A stretch of DNA of 59,778 nt from a virus (taxonomy: Duplodnaviria > Caudoviricetes), in the IMG/VR virus record IMGVR_UViG_3300044624_002493, positions 1 to 59,778 of that record; one strand, 5' to 3'. A program made the position numbers and the translations under genes. Position 1 is the first letter of the stretch; each line of letters begins with the position of its first letter. Positions 1-9,126 of this stretch are shown piece after piece. The notes beneath the pieces were generated by a model, which was given only the letters and a program-made list of their open reading frames with translations, did no database searches and was not told the DNA's origin.

Positions 1-413
1 ATACTGTCGGCAAAGGCCAGATAGTTATTGCGTCCAGTCAACTGAATTAGGCCACGTCCACAGTAACGGAATCCATCACCGCTTTCTTCGGAGCCATTGC
101 CCATCCTGTTGGCATAGATTCTGTTGGCTATGGCTTCGGCCTTGTTGGGTAGGCTGGCATACTGGTTGGCCAACTCATCTGTGGGGAAATACTTGGGAAA
201 TACCTTTCTTAGACTGGCTGCACGATAGTTCAAGTTCTCGTGCAAGGCTGTAAAGTTGCCGGATTCGTGAGCGCACTGTGCTAAGAAAGCGGCCACACGC
301 TGTGGAGTGTCAATACCGTAGTCGGGTAGAATTTTGTTTAAGGCGTCGCACCAATGTTCCACATAAGGATTATTGGGAATAATTTGTTGTAGCTGTTGTT
401 GCGTAATTTCCAT
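1..413 (-). CDS. Glycoside hydrolase family 19 (chitinase-like) endolysin, 3' end runs off window
   Basis: Manual translation from ATG at 413 (GGAG SD): MEITQQQLQQIIP...RVAAFLAQCAHESGNF..L.ENLNY...ANRIYANRMGNG.EESGDGFRYCGRGLIQLTGRNNY; GH19 motifs. Not in the ORF track because it is truncated. Confidence 0.9.
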   Translation of the reverse strand, partial: MEITQQQLQQIIPNNPYVEHWCDALNKILPDYGIDTPQRVAAFLAQCAHESGNFTALHENLNYRAASLRKVFPKYFPTDELANQYASLPNKAEAIANRIYANRMGNGSEESGDGFRYCGRGLIQLTGRNNYLAFADS

Positions 414-449
414 ATTGGCTCCTAAGATACCAATATTTACCGTTTTTAG

Positions 450-677
450 TTAGTCTTTTTCGTTGGTTATAATAGCAACTGTACCATCCCACACAATACG
501 GCCATTACAAGCTACATTCCATTTAGTTTCGCCGTATTCTGTGGTTGTTTCTGTATACAGCGGGCTGTGGATCCTGACGTCCGATGCCAGGTGTTCCACA
601 CCATCTTCAAATATGCGCCACACCAAATTGGTGTTGCCACCGTGTTTGGTATTGAATCTGATGTGGAATTTTGACAT
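450..677 (-). CDS. Hypothetical protein
   Basis: 75 aa ORF; its start overlaps the upstream stop (TAATG). Confidence 0.7.
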   Translation of the reverse strand: MSKFHIRFNTKHGGNTNLVWRIFEDGVEHLASDVRIHSPLYTETTTEYGETKWNVACNGRIVWDGTVAIITNEKD

Positions 678-1516
678 TATTTAAGTCCTAGCTCTTTGCG
701 AATTTTTGTAGCAGAGATGGCATGCGTTGCGTCATCAAAGGTTTCCTGTTCAATCTTGTAGCCCACATCACGTCCATAGGTAATGTTCACAATGTTAGGC
801 ACAACTTGTATTTCGTACTGTCCTTGATAGATAGGATCTAAATCACGTTTAATAAACGATTTAACTTTTTCTATTTCAAAAGGATTTGATCCTTGCCAAC
901 CTTGGCAATCACGTATTTGAATCACTACTTGTCCGGTTTTAGCAATGGCACGTTCGAATAGTGCGCGGTGCCCATCGTGCCATGGTTGCCAACGACCCAA
1001 CATTTGCACTGTTTCTTTTTTCCAATCAAATGTGGGACGGCGACGGTTACTAACAATGTGTTCGCCAATGAATTCTGCCCACTTTTCTGCGTTTTGTTCA
1101 GTGATGCGGAAGTCGTATTGTTCGGGTGGCACAAATGCCTTGTTAGTATCTTCAAAACGACCTTGCTCAATGGTGTCTACCCAAATAGTCCAATCGGCTT
1201 TGAAGTTGTTACGCATTTCCACTAGTGGGGCAACAAAGTCGCAGATTACATAGTCGCCGCCGGCTTCCATACTGAACTGGAACATGCGAATACTTTGACG
1301 AATACGTCCATCATTACTGAAATCCCAGTCGTTGTACTTGCGACGAATATCGTCTGCATTGAACCAATTTACCGTGGCATTTAAACTGCCGATGTGTTGG
1401 TTCAAGGCACGGGCATAACTGATTTCGCCGTGCGCTTCTAAATACTTTTTAAGTTCACCAGCCAAGGTTGTTTTGCCTGAACCAGGCAGGCCCATAATTA
1501 AAATTCGTTGTGTCAT
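677..1516 (-). CDS. Adenylylsulfate kinase-like P-loop kinase fused to a C-terminal cytidylyltransferase-like (HxGH) domain
   Basis: GLPGSGKTT Walker A, NADDIR, CDFVAP (CysC-like); C-terminal GRWQPWHDGH and ISATKIR. Start placed at MTQRIL (ATGA overlap with upstream stop). Confidence 0.8.
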   Translation of the reverse strand: MTQRILIMGLPGSGKTTLAGELKKYLEAHGEISYARALNQHIGSLNATVNWFNADDIRRKYNDWDFSNDGRIRQSIRMFQFSMEAGGDYVICDFVAPLVEMRNNFKADWTIWVDTIEQGRFEDTNKAFVPPEQYDFRITEQNAEKWAEFIGEHIVSNRRRPTFDWKKETVQMLGRWQPWHDGHRALFERAIAKTGQVVIQIRDCQGWQGSNPFEIEKVKSFIKRDLDPIYQGQYEIQVVPNIVNITYGRDVGYKIEQETFDDATHAISATKIRKELGLK

Positions 1517-2301
1517 ATTGTCTCCCAAAGTGTTTTCCAATTCGTGTACGGCGTTACAATTTGCCGTGGTTCTGCATAACTCAAATGATAAGCCAAACTA
1601 GGTATAGGATTAAACACTGTGATTGGCGCTGTTTGATTTTGTAAACTGCTGTATAACTGATTTATTGTATCGTCCTCTGTGACCTTAGGATATTCCGTTG
1701 CCAGGCGCTGAAACACTTGTTCGTGTGCTTTGACTGTACTTCCACGAGTTAAAAAACTGTAGGTTGTGTGCGTTACATGACGCCAATATCTTATGCCACT
1801 ATGAAATAGTATTGTAAACTGTTCTCTTCCTGATTCATACCTAAATGGACAATCAAAAGGAAAAATCATTACCTGACTGTTGTTAAGTTTGGACGAAAAT
1901 ACCTCAAATGCATTGAGCATTTCACTAATGGCAGTTGGTTCGTGCAAGTAGTCGTCTTCGATGGTATAAACCAAATCGGGTGCTTCGGCTGCTAATCTAA
2001 ATTGTTCCATGCTAGACCAAGTAAATCCCGGCACTCCTTTGGGCGGCTTTAATTTTATAATTTTGGTTTTTTTTATTGGTTTAATTAACTCTTTGAGTTC
2101 TTTGACAAAGTCTGCATCACTGCGATCATCCAACACAGTTAATTGCACATCGTCTTGACTGTTTAGGATGCTGTTGACCAAGCTGGTCACACATTTGATT
2201 ACCATGCCTCTGCGATCCGGCCCACATATTCTGGTAAAGTCTTTTTGTACGTTTTTATCTAGCTCGGATCTTTGACAAGTTCTTAATATAATGTTGAGCA
2301 T
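1513..2301 (-). CDS. Glycosyltransferase family 2-like protein
   Basis: VLDDRS and YTIEDDYLH (DXD-like) motifs typical of GT-A fold phage proteins. Confidence 0.6.
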   Translation of the reverse strand: MLNIILRTCQRSELDKNVQKDFTRICGPDRRGMVIKCVTSLVNSILNSQDDVQLTVLDDRSDADFVKELKELIKPIKKTKIIKLKPPKGVPGFTWSSMEQFRLAAEAPDLVYTIEDDYLHEPTAISEMLNAFEVFSSKLNNSQVMIFPFDCPFRYESGREQFTILFHSGIRYWRHVTHTTYSFLTRGSTVKAHEQVFQRLATEYPKVTEDDTINQLYSSLQNQTAPITVFNPIPSLAYHLSYAEPRQIVTPYTNWKTLWETI

Positions 2302-2309
2302 GCAGTTAG

Positions 2310-2945
2310 TTATGACTTACTTGCTGGCGCTAAAATTTTTACTTTAATATCAGCTGAAGCATAATCATGAATTGGAACACCGGAGTCCAATCTAATACCC
2401 AGCGTGTTGGCCAGAGTGTAGTTATTATCTGCTTCGTGTCCGGTATATTGATGCCAGGCTCGTAGTATGTCTGCATTTTGCCGATCAATTTGCACGGCCA
2501 TGTTGGGTAGGTCGCGATAATAGGAATGATAGGTTGGATAACTTATATTAAAACCGCCACAACGTACCCACCAACCAAAACATGCATCGTCAGCTCGATA
2601 TACCAGTACAACGGGCGAGTCTGGCCAAGTCTTGTGTATAAAATCTATGTGGTGCGCCAGAGTATGGCTTTTAACTATACGCACACCAGGACCCGAGAAT
2701 GGTTGATCAAATATAGTTTCAATTTGATCTCGATGCATAGATTCTATGTTTTCTGGAAAATCAAATTCCATGCCGGGATCCCAGTACGCACCAATGTGCA
2801 TGGGTTGTCCATTATATTGGTCCTTGTGAGCATAGCTTCTTTCACTGACAAGATCGGTTTGGTCAAGATCTGCGCTCGAGTTGACATGCTTGACCACACT
2901 GCTCCATTTACTGCCGGGTGCGCCAGTTACAAAGATATATTTCAT
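2310..2945 (-). CDS. Sulfotransferase-like P-loop protein
   Basis: N-terminal VTGAPGSKWS, IVKSH and VLVYR resemble PAPS-binding motifs of the sulfotransferase fold. Confidence 0.45.
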   Translation of the reverse strand: MKYIFVTGAPGSKWSSVVKHVNSSADLDQTDLVSERSYAHKDQYNGQPMHIGAYWDPGMEFDFPENIESMHRDQIETIFDQPFSGPGVRIVKSHTLAHHIDFIHKTWPDSPVVLVYRADDACFGWWVRCGGFNISYPTYHSYYRDLPNMAVQIDRQNADILRAWHQYTGHEADNNYTLANTLGIRLDSGVPIHDYASADIKVKILAPASKS

Positions 2946-3913
2946 TAGTTTTCAATTTTAATATTTTTAACCACGGGTGCAAACAAGGTTCTAATTTCTT
3001 CGGCGTATTTCATAACACCTTTGGGACTAAGCTCATCTTGATCTATAATGATATAATTTTGATCAGCCCAGACACGGTATTCAGTGCTTAAAATTGCCCG
3101 GATGAATTTATCTTGATACCATTCAACAATGGTATTTGGAGTGCTAGGCGGTAATACCAATATCCAACCTGCATATACTTTTAACCCAGGAACTACATCA
3201 CTCAATAATGGAACATTGGGCAACTGTTTTAATCGTGGCCCACCGGTCAATCCAATGGGCTTGACTTTGCCAGAATCGATCAATGTTTTAGCAATAGCCA
3301 CAGGCATGATACCAAATTCCGTGCCCGATTTACCGTCATAGCTGGCCACACTGGTTACTGCGGGCAACGGTCCGTTGAATTTAATATTTTGAACCAGTGC
3401 TGGATCAGCTTTGGTTTTAAGCATAATATATTCATAGGCCATTCTGTGTGCGCCGCCACCTACTGCAATGTTTATCTGACGTCCACTGTTTAGATATTGT
3501 ACAAATTCTTGTGGAGTGTTGACTGAACTTTTAACACTGGCTACCAACACCAATGGACTTTTGCCCAAGGTTATCACTGGTTTAAAACTGTTGTATTCAA
3601 ACTTTTTTAAATCACGTTGCCAGATGTCGTTGGTAACAAACAAACTCATATGACTGGGCACCATTAAATGCAGGCCGTCGCTGGGTGCTGTCATAAAGGC
3701 ATTGCTGGCCACAGCAGCATCAGCGCCAGGTTTTGTTTCAATTATAAATGTGGTGCCTGGATTTTGTTTCATAACAATTTCAGATGCTTTTCTAAATGAA
3801 ATTTCGTTTCCACTTCCGGGAGCAAATCCAATAAGAGTTTGTACTGGTTTGGATGGTTCCCAAGCAAATGCCAAAACAGGAGCCAACAGTAATACTGCTA
3901 ATAATTTTTTCAT
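2945..3913 (-). CDS. Tripartite tricarboxylate transporter substrate-binding protein (Bug/TctC family)
   Basis: Signal peptide MKKLLAVLLLAPVLAFA then WEPSKPV..LIGFAPG, ETKPGA, APSDG, PNVP; AAGGA SD. Start placed at 3913. Confidence 0.85.
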   Translation of the reverse strand: MKKLLAVLLLAPVLAFAWEPSKPVQTLIGFAPGSGNEISFRKASEIVMKQNPGTTFIIETKPGADAAVASNAFMTAPSDGLHLMVPSHMSLFVTNDIWQRDLKKFEYNSFKPVITLGKSPLVLVASVKSSVNTPQEFVQYLNSGRQINIAVGGGAHRMAYEYIMLKTKADPALVQNIKFNGPLPAVTSVASYDGKSGTEFGIMPVAIAKTLIDSGKVKPIGLTGGPRLKQLPNVPLLSDVVPGLKVYAGWILVLPPSTPNTIVEWYQDKFIRAILSTEYRVWADQNYIIIDQDELSPKGVMKYAEEIRTLFAPVVKNIKIEN

Positions 3914-3928
3914 AAAAGTTCCTTTGTG

Positions 3929-3990
3929 TAAATAGTTATAGAAAATTACAGAGAGAGGCAAAATTTTTAACCTCTTTGTAAAATTATTTA
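3929..3990. promoter_or_regulatory. Face-to-face TAAATA late-type promoters flanking a hairpin
   Basis: TAAATA (+) at 3929-3934 and TAAATA (-) at 3985-3990; inverted repeat 3946-3958/3971-3981 between them. Confidence 0.55.
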
Positions 3991-4010
3991 CCCCAAAAGG
4001 AAAAATCTTA

Positions 4011-4751
4011 ATGAATACTAAAATTTTTAAGTTGATTACAGAAAATTTAACAGAAGCCTTTAAACTACCCAAGTATCTGGACATCAAGATCACCGACGAC
4101 ACTGTGATCAAAGACTTGCCATGGACCCCAGCTCGTTATCGTAAATTTGCCGACTCCATGAACAAAGAACTACAGTTGGATTTTGATTACACAGGCACGG
4201 TCAAGGCCGTAGTGGATGAATTAGATCGCCAGTATCTGCGTAGATTTTTTGGAGAAATTTGGAAACCCAGAACTGGAGATTATCAATGGACCGGCTGGCA
4301 ACTAGTGGACGAAATTAAAAAACACAATCCTACCAGTGTGTTAGATGTTGGTTGCGGGTACAATCAATTTAAAGAACGTTTGCCTAACTTAATCGGTATT
4401 GATCCCTACAATGACTGCGCAGATTACATGGTTGATATTTTAGACTATCGTGTACCAGGTGAACAGCACAATGCCATTATGGCCCTGGGTAGCATCAACT
4501 TCAACAGCCGTGAAGACATTGAAGAACGATTTGCACACTGTGTCAGCATGCTTGCACCAGGCGGCAGATTTTACATTCGTGCAAATCCTGGAATACAATG
4601 GTCCAATGGACCGTGGGTGGATATTTTTGCTTGGGACTTTGCTTTTGTAAAAGAGCTAGAAAAAAAGTACAATCTCAAATTAGAAACATTCAAACAAGAC
4701 GGCCCAAATAGTCCATCTGGTCGTTTGTATTTTGTCTACAGTAAACCCTGA
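4011..4751 (+). CDS. Class I SAM-dependent methyltransferase with an extra N-terminal domain
   Basis: VLDVGCG motif I, IGIDP, LAPGG; about 75 aa N-terminal extension. Confidence 0.8.
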   Translation: MNTKIFKLITENLTEAFKLPKYLDIKITDDTVIKDLPWTPARYRKFADSMNKELQLDFDYTGTVKAVVDELDRQYLRRFFGEIWKPRTGDYQWTGWQLVDEIKKHNPTSVLDVGCGYNQFKERLPNLIGIDPYNDCADYMVDILDYRVPGEQHNAIMALGSINFNSREDIEERFAHCVSMLAPGGRFYIRANPGIQWSNGPWVDIFAWDFAFVKELEKKYNLKLETFKQDGPNSPSGRLYFVYSKP

Positions 4752-5386
4752 GCAATAACATAGTCTGCTGCTGCTGCATGTGCAGATTCTAAAGGATGCC
4801 AATTTTGACTAACTGGCATTTTTTTATCCTGTGCCCATTCTAAAAAAGTCCGGCCTTCAAATGTAAACATGTACGGCTGTATAGCCTGCTGTAAGTATTC
4901 TATAGCAGGACCAGAATGCCATTCAGTTTCAAATATCAATCTGTCCATATAAGTCATTATTACTGTGTGTCCTTGTTGGGTCAATGAGTCTTGAGCAGTT
5001 TTAATTGCTGTCAAGGTCTGAAATTTATCACGGTATTGACTGTGCAAATGTTTGTAATAGTATTCATTTTCAGGCGCACAATCCACGGGACGCAAAGTTG
5101 CCCAAGAATCATCCTTGGCATGCACATAATCAAAACGATCAATCCAAGTCCAATTTATAACAAATATAGCAGGTTCTGATTGAGCGTGGGCCAGCACACG
5201 CTCTAAGATCTGTAGGTTTCCTATACCGGCACTGGCATAGCACTCGTAGTCAAAATTATGCCGTTGCGCTACCAGGGCAGGCCATGTTGACGGACTGGCT
5301 GTGATCTCCAGTTGTGTGCCACCATCATTGGAATCGGCTAGGTCAGTGCCAAAGATAAAACTACACCCAAAACTTTTCAGTTTCAT
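4736..5386 (-). CDS. SGNH/GDSL-like hydrolase-fold protein
   Basis: FGCSF block I, AGIGN block II, C-terminal WHP...AH. Confidence 0.55.
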   Translation of the reverse strand: MKLKSFGCSFIFGTDLADSNDGGTQLEITASPSTWPALVAQRHNFDYECYASAGIGNLQILERVLAHAQSEPAIFVINWTWIDRFDYVHAKDDSWATLRPVDCAPENEYYYKHLHSQYRDKFQTLTAIKTAQDSLTQQGHTVIMTYMDRLIFETEWHSGPAIEYLQQAIQPYMFTFEGRTFLEWAQDKKMPVSQNWHPLESAHAAAADYVIAQGLL

Positions 5387-5417
5387 AGGTAGTATATATT
5401 GAGTTTCGTTGCAGGGA

Positions 5418-5972
5418 TTAAATTAAACCAGCAGCTGCTTGCATGGCTTGTATGGCCGGATCATTCTTTTCATAGATGGCTTTAACAGGAAGTCCTGCGG
5501 CTGTTCTAACTTCGTTGAGATCCTTGTCATAGCGTTCACGATAAGCACGTGGGCTCATAGGAACCATGCTTTCAAATGTTTCGCGAGTGAATGGAACTTC
5601 TTTACCTTTGTAATGCATGAGCCAATCATCTAGACCAAATTCAGTAAGAGTACCTAAGTCATCAATTATGGTTTCTAAATGGCCGCCGGCAGTGCTGCGA
5701 CGACGCAATTCAATATAAACTAGATAACGGTTGGGTTTGATTTCGCCTGGGCTACGGTCTGCATCAATCACAAAGTCGTAGCCTTTTTCAAACCACATCA
5801 TTAAGTCTTTTGCAACCTGAGCATCACGCACAAAGAAACTGACAACAATGATGTCGTCATCATCGCCCATTTTACTACTAAACTCATCTACGTGGACGGT
5901 AGGCTTCATCAAGCCTTCTAGGTCTTTATACTGTAGGCTTTCAAGCAAGCGACTGGACTTGAGATTGGACAT
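5418..5972 (-). CDS. Hypothetical phage protein
   Basis: 184 aa ORF with normal composition, co-oriented with its neighbours. Confidence 0.7.
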   Translation of the reverse strand: MSNLKSSRLLESLQYKDLEGLMKPTVHVDEFSSKMGDDDDIIVVSFFVRDAQVAKDLMMWFEKGYDFVIDADRSPGEIKPNRYLVYIELRRRSTAGGHLETIIDDLGTLTEFGLDDWLMHYKGKEVPFTRETFESMVPMSPRAYRERYDKDLNEVRTAAGLPVKAIYEKNDPAIQAMQAAAGLI

Positions 5973-6522
5973 TTTGTGTTTGCTCTTGGTTAGTTTGTAA
6001 TTCTTGTTTGTCTAGATCCTGCTCGTAGGCACTATCTAAATCTGCCAGGTCAATTTCTTGATCTTCTAATTCAATGCTGCCGGTTTTGATATCGCTCATC
6101 AAGGATTTGGGTATGGTAATTTCTACCAACCAAACCTTTGCGTCACCGATGCGGGCTTTGTGTGTACCAGGTCGATAATCGCTGGGATCTGTGATTTTGA
6201 CCGGCACCTTCATTGTGGTTTTTTTGTATTTTACATCACAATCAAACGGCAACAATCTGCGGGCACCGCGTGGATCTGGCATGAGTTTTTCTGGCCACAT
6301 GAATATACAAGTTACTGTATATTTGCCAATGTCTGGCCCACTTACTAATTCGCCAATGATCCAATTTTTAAACGCATATAAATCTAGTTCATCTAGCACA
6401 CGTTCAAAATCCAGCAAACTCAGTAGACTACCTTCGCTCATGTAAATGTCGCGAATGTTTTCTGCTACCTGCCAGTAATCTTCGTTGTTTTTAAAGATCT
6501 GTTGATCGATGGTTTTGTTCAT
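5941..6522 (-). CDS. Hypothetical phage protein
   Basis: 193 aa ORF; TAAATA lies 5 nt upstream of the ATG. Confidence 0.75.
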   Translation of the reverse strand: MNKTIDQQIFKNNEDYWQVAENIRDIYMSEGSLLSLLDFERVLDELDLYAFKNWIIGELVSGPDIGKYTVTCIFMWPEKLMPDPRGARRLLPFDCDVKYKKTTMKVPVKITDPSDYRPGTHKARIGDAKVWLVEITIPKSLMSDIKTGSIELEDQEIDLADLDSAYEQDLDKQELQTNQEQTQNVQSQVQSLA

Positions 6523-6646
6523 ACAATTATTTATGGTAGTTTACCCAGCGACAGCAGTTTGAACTCTGCGTTTTTTACTGCCAAGTCTAATACTTATACG
6601 AAATTTTTTAATTATCAACACCTATAGAACTTGTAAAAATACCACC

Positions 6647-6674
6647 TAAATACTTTGGACAGCACGGTGCTGTC
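6647..6674 (+). promoter_or_regulatory. TAAATA promoter followed by the palindrome GACAGCAC-G-GTGCTGTC in the phoH leader
   Basis: TAAATA at 6647-6652; 8-bp perfect inverted repeat 6658-6665/6667-6674. Confidence 0.5.
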
Positions 6675-6704
6675 AGCAGTGAGACAACTACAACGGAGTT
6701 TACT

Positions 6705-7439
6705 TTGAGTAGAAACAAAGCGGTAAAATCACAAAAACGTCAAATGACAAACCAAGAAAACACAATACGCTTTGATCAAGCAAAACCAGTAAAACAACGT
6801 CCTATTGATATTGTGCCACGCACAAGGAATCAAGAGCGTTTGGTCCTGGCGTTGCAAGATGACAGTCAGCATATTGTAGTTACAGCGGGCCCAGCTGGTA
6901 CAGGTAAAACCTATCTGGCCATGTTAGCCGCTGTAAAAGCATTTCGTGAAGGAGCTGTAGATCGTATAGTTTTAACACGCCCGGCAGTGGGTGTGGATGA
7001 TGAAAAGCACGGGTTCTTGCCCGGAGACTTGAATCAAAAGATGGATCCGTGGGTTCGTCCGCTTACTGATATCTTGCGCGAGTATTATCGTCAGCCCGAT
7101 ATTCAAGCCATGATTGAGGAGCAAAAAATAGAGATTGCTCCACTGGCCTTTATGCGTGGTCGTACTTTTAAGAACGCTTATATCATTGCTGATGAAATGC
7201 AAAATGCAACACCAGCACAATGTAAGATGCTAATGACCCGTATTGGGGAAAATAGTAAAATTGTTATCACAGGAGATGTGGAACAAACTGACCGTACTAA
7301 GGCTAACAATGGCCTGGCAGATTTATGCCAAAGATTGAAGGAAGGGGGTGTAAAGGGTATAGCTGTATGCGATTTAGATAATCGCGACATACAGCGGCAC
7401 AAGATCATTGATAGTGTGCTTGACCTTTATGCTGACTGA
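6705..7439 (+). CDS. phoH: PhoH-family ATPase
   Basis: GPAGTGKT, LTRPAV, GFLPG, AFMRGRT, DEMQN, GDVEQTD, QRH; TTG start with GGAG SD. Confidence 0.95.
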   Translation: MSRNKAVKSQKRQMTNQENTIRFDQAKPVKQRPIDIVPRTRNQERLVLALQDDSQHIVVTAGPAGTGKTYLAMLAAVKAFREGAVDRIVLTRPAVGVDDEKHGFLPGDLNQKMDPWVRPLTDILREYYRQPDIQAMIEEQKIEIAPLAFMRGRTFKNAYIIADEMQNATPAQCKMLMTRIGENSKIVITGDVEQTDRTKANNGLADLCQRLKEGGVKGIAVCDLDNRDIQRHKIIDSVLDLYAD

Positions 7440-8038
7440 CCAGAAATCACTTCAAAGATTTCTCGCCAGTTTTTAACAATCTGAATGCCTTCGTGGTAGT
7501 AGTGCATATTATGTCCGTGCTCTACCAGAAGGCATTTCAGTCCTGCCTTATAGCCAGCCTCGGCATTTTCGGGCTTGTCTTCGACCCACCAACAACCAGT
7601 GCCTTCATATTCTTCCAAGGCTTCGTCCTTGTGTGCGCCAGTGTCCAAACACACAATTCTTTCGAATGCAGTAGGACCAAATAACTTGTGAATATTCATT
7701 TCACGTAATTTGATAGCATTAGGATCAAGGCTCACTGATGTGATAGCATGGAATCTGTATCCGTGTTCTTCGTGTAGACGTTTGATGTAGTACATGGCAT
7801 CACGTTGTGCTGGCAAGAATCCGATGGCAGCACTTTCGTTGAATACCTTGATTAGTTTTTTAACTTGTTCGCGACTGATACCGTACCTTATGCTCATGTC
7901 GTAGCTGAATTTGCTGCCTGGAATTTCTTCAAACCCATGCTCCTGCATCCAAACATTAAAGGCCCACTCCCAGTCAAGGCATACGCCATCACAGTCAGTC
8001 AGGATGAGTTTTTTTAGGTTCTTAAATTTCGATTTCAT
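7427..8038 (-). CDS. HAD-superfamily hydrolase (T4 gp30.2-like / 5'-nucleotidase-like)
   Basis: LTDCDGVC (DxDG) and WVEDKPEN motifs. Confidence 0.8.
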   Translation of the reverse strand: MKSKFKNLKKLILTDCDGVCLDWEWAFNVWMQEHGFEEIPGSKFSYDMSIRYGISREQVKKLIKVFNESAAIGFLPAQRDAMYYIKRLHEEHGYRFHAITSVSLDPNAIKLREMNIHKLFGPTAFERIVCLDTGAHKDEALEEYEGTGCWWVEDKPENAEAGYKAGLKCLLVEHGHNMHYYHEGIQIVKNWREIFEVISGQSA

Positions 8039-8044
8039 AGTATA

Positions 8045-8073
8045 ATTATACTTGAAATTTAATTTAATGTCAA
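8045..8073 (-). promoter_or_regulatory. Consensus sigma70-like promoter, likely leaderless transcript
   Basis: TTGACA-N17-TATAAT with the ATG 6 nt downstream of the -10 box. Confidence 0.75.
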
Positions 8074-8074
8074 G

Positions 8075-8371
8075 TTAGTGTGGACTAACTTCCTCTACAG
8101 GTGGTGCTTCTTTGGATAATTCGTGCCCGTTTTCCGTAAACATACGTTCGATGGTAGCAGCATAATGTTTGTAATAGTAACTGACAATGGTGTCCCAATC
8201 TCGTGTGGCACTGAGTCCCTGAACGCTGGCCAACAATACTTTTTGGTCTTTGAAATCTAAAATAACGTTAGCAGTTTGCCAATCGCGTTTTTTAATTTTG
8301 GTAGCCACAGTCATGACTTCGTCAATTTGACCTGACGGTTTGGTATAGTAAGTTAATAATAGATATCTCAT
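8075..8371 (-). CDS. Hypothetical protein
   Basis: 98 aa ORF, ATGA-coupled to the upstream gene. Confidence 0.7.
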   Translation of the reverse strand: MRYLLLTYYTKPSGQIDEVMTVATKIKKRDWQTANVILDFKDQKVLLASVQGLSATRDWDTIVSYYYKHYAATIERMFTENGHELSKEAPPVEEVSPH

Positions 8372-9126
8372 TTGTTTCCTTGTGATAAAAAATTTGCTAT
8401 TTTTTTAGACATAGTTAAATGACTTTCTGGCCCAGGGTGATGCCCCAATGGACCTAAATCTGTCATGTTAGATTGAAAACTATCAAATATGTTTGCCCAG
8501 CAGGTTCGATCCAGAGTGGCAAATTTGGCCTTGAGTTGTGAATATAATTCTTCAATTTCGTCGTCGTTGCGATGATCAAAGTCCAATAGGCTTCGAGTGT
8601 AATCACTGATCATATTGAAATCTTTGTCGTCAACCATGAGATCTGCTTGCCAAGGAACCATGCCATTGACATGTATTATTTGCACACCATGTAAACGAGC
8701 CAGATCATTTAGTATTTGCACATAATCGATCAAATAAAAAATATTTTGATAATCATGATTTAATAATAACAAACGTTGTTCAAGCTGAGTTTTTTCTTTG
8801 GCACTGAGATGCACATCTCTATAATCAAATTGATCCTTGCCGTCACCGGTGGCATAATACCATATGTTGGGACCCGGGCTTAGCCATAAACGATTCAATG
8901 CTGTCCATTGTACAAACACAATATCATATTGACCGGATCGTATGGCTTCGCTGGTCAACATGAATATCATGTGATTACTAGCACCACTCACTGCTAGGTT
9001 GTCTGAATCAAACATAAAAGTTTGTGTGATGATTTGGGGCCAAGTTTGCTTGAGATCCTTGTTTTCAAATCCGTCACCTCGGGTCATGCTACACCCCACA
9101 AATGCAACTTTTAATTTATTTGACAC
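8368..9126 (-). CDS. SGNH/GDSL-like hydrolase-fold protein
   Basis: VGCSMT, NLAVSGASN, QWT, C-terminal HHPGPESH. Confidence 0.55.
   Translation of the reverse strand: MSNKLKVAFVGCSMTRGDGFENKDLKQTWPQIITQTFMFDSDNLAVSGASNHMIFMLTSEAIRSGQYDIVFVQWTALNRLWLSPGPNIWYYATGDGKDQFDYRDVHLSAKEKTQLEQRLLLLNHDYQNIFYLIDYVQILNDLARLHGVQIIHVNGMVPWQADLMVDDKDFNMISDYTRSLLDFDHRNDDEIEELYSQLKAKFATLDRTCWANIFDSFQSNMTDLGPLGHHPGPESHLTMSKKIANFLSQGNK

Noticed and set aside
3914-4111. N-terminal extension of the TctC ORF to 4111
   Set aside because: It overlaps the divergent methyltransferase gene; the signal peptide and SD point to a start at 3913.
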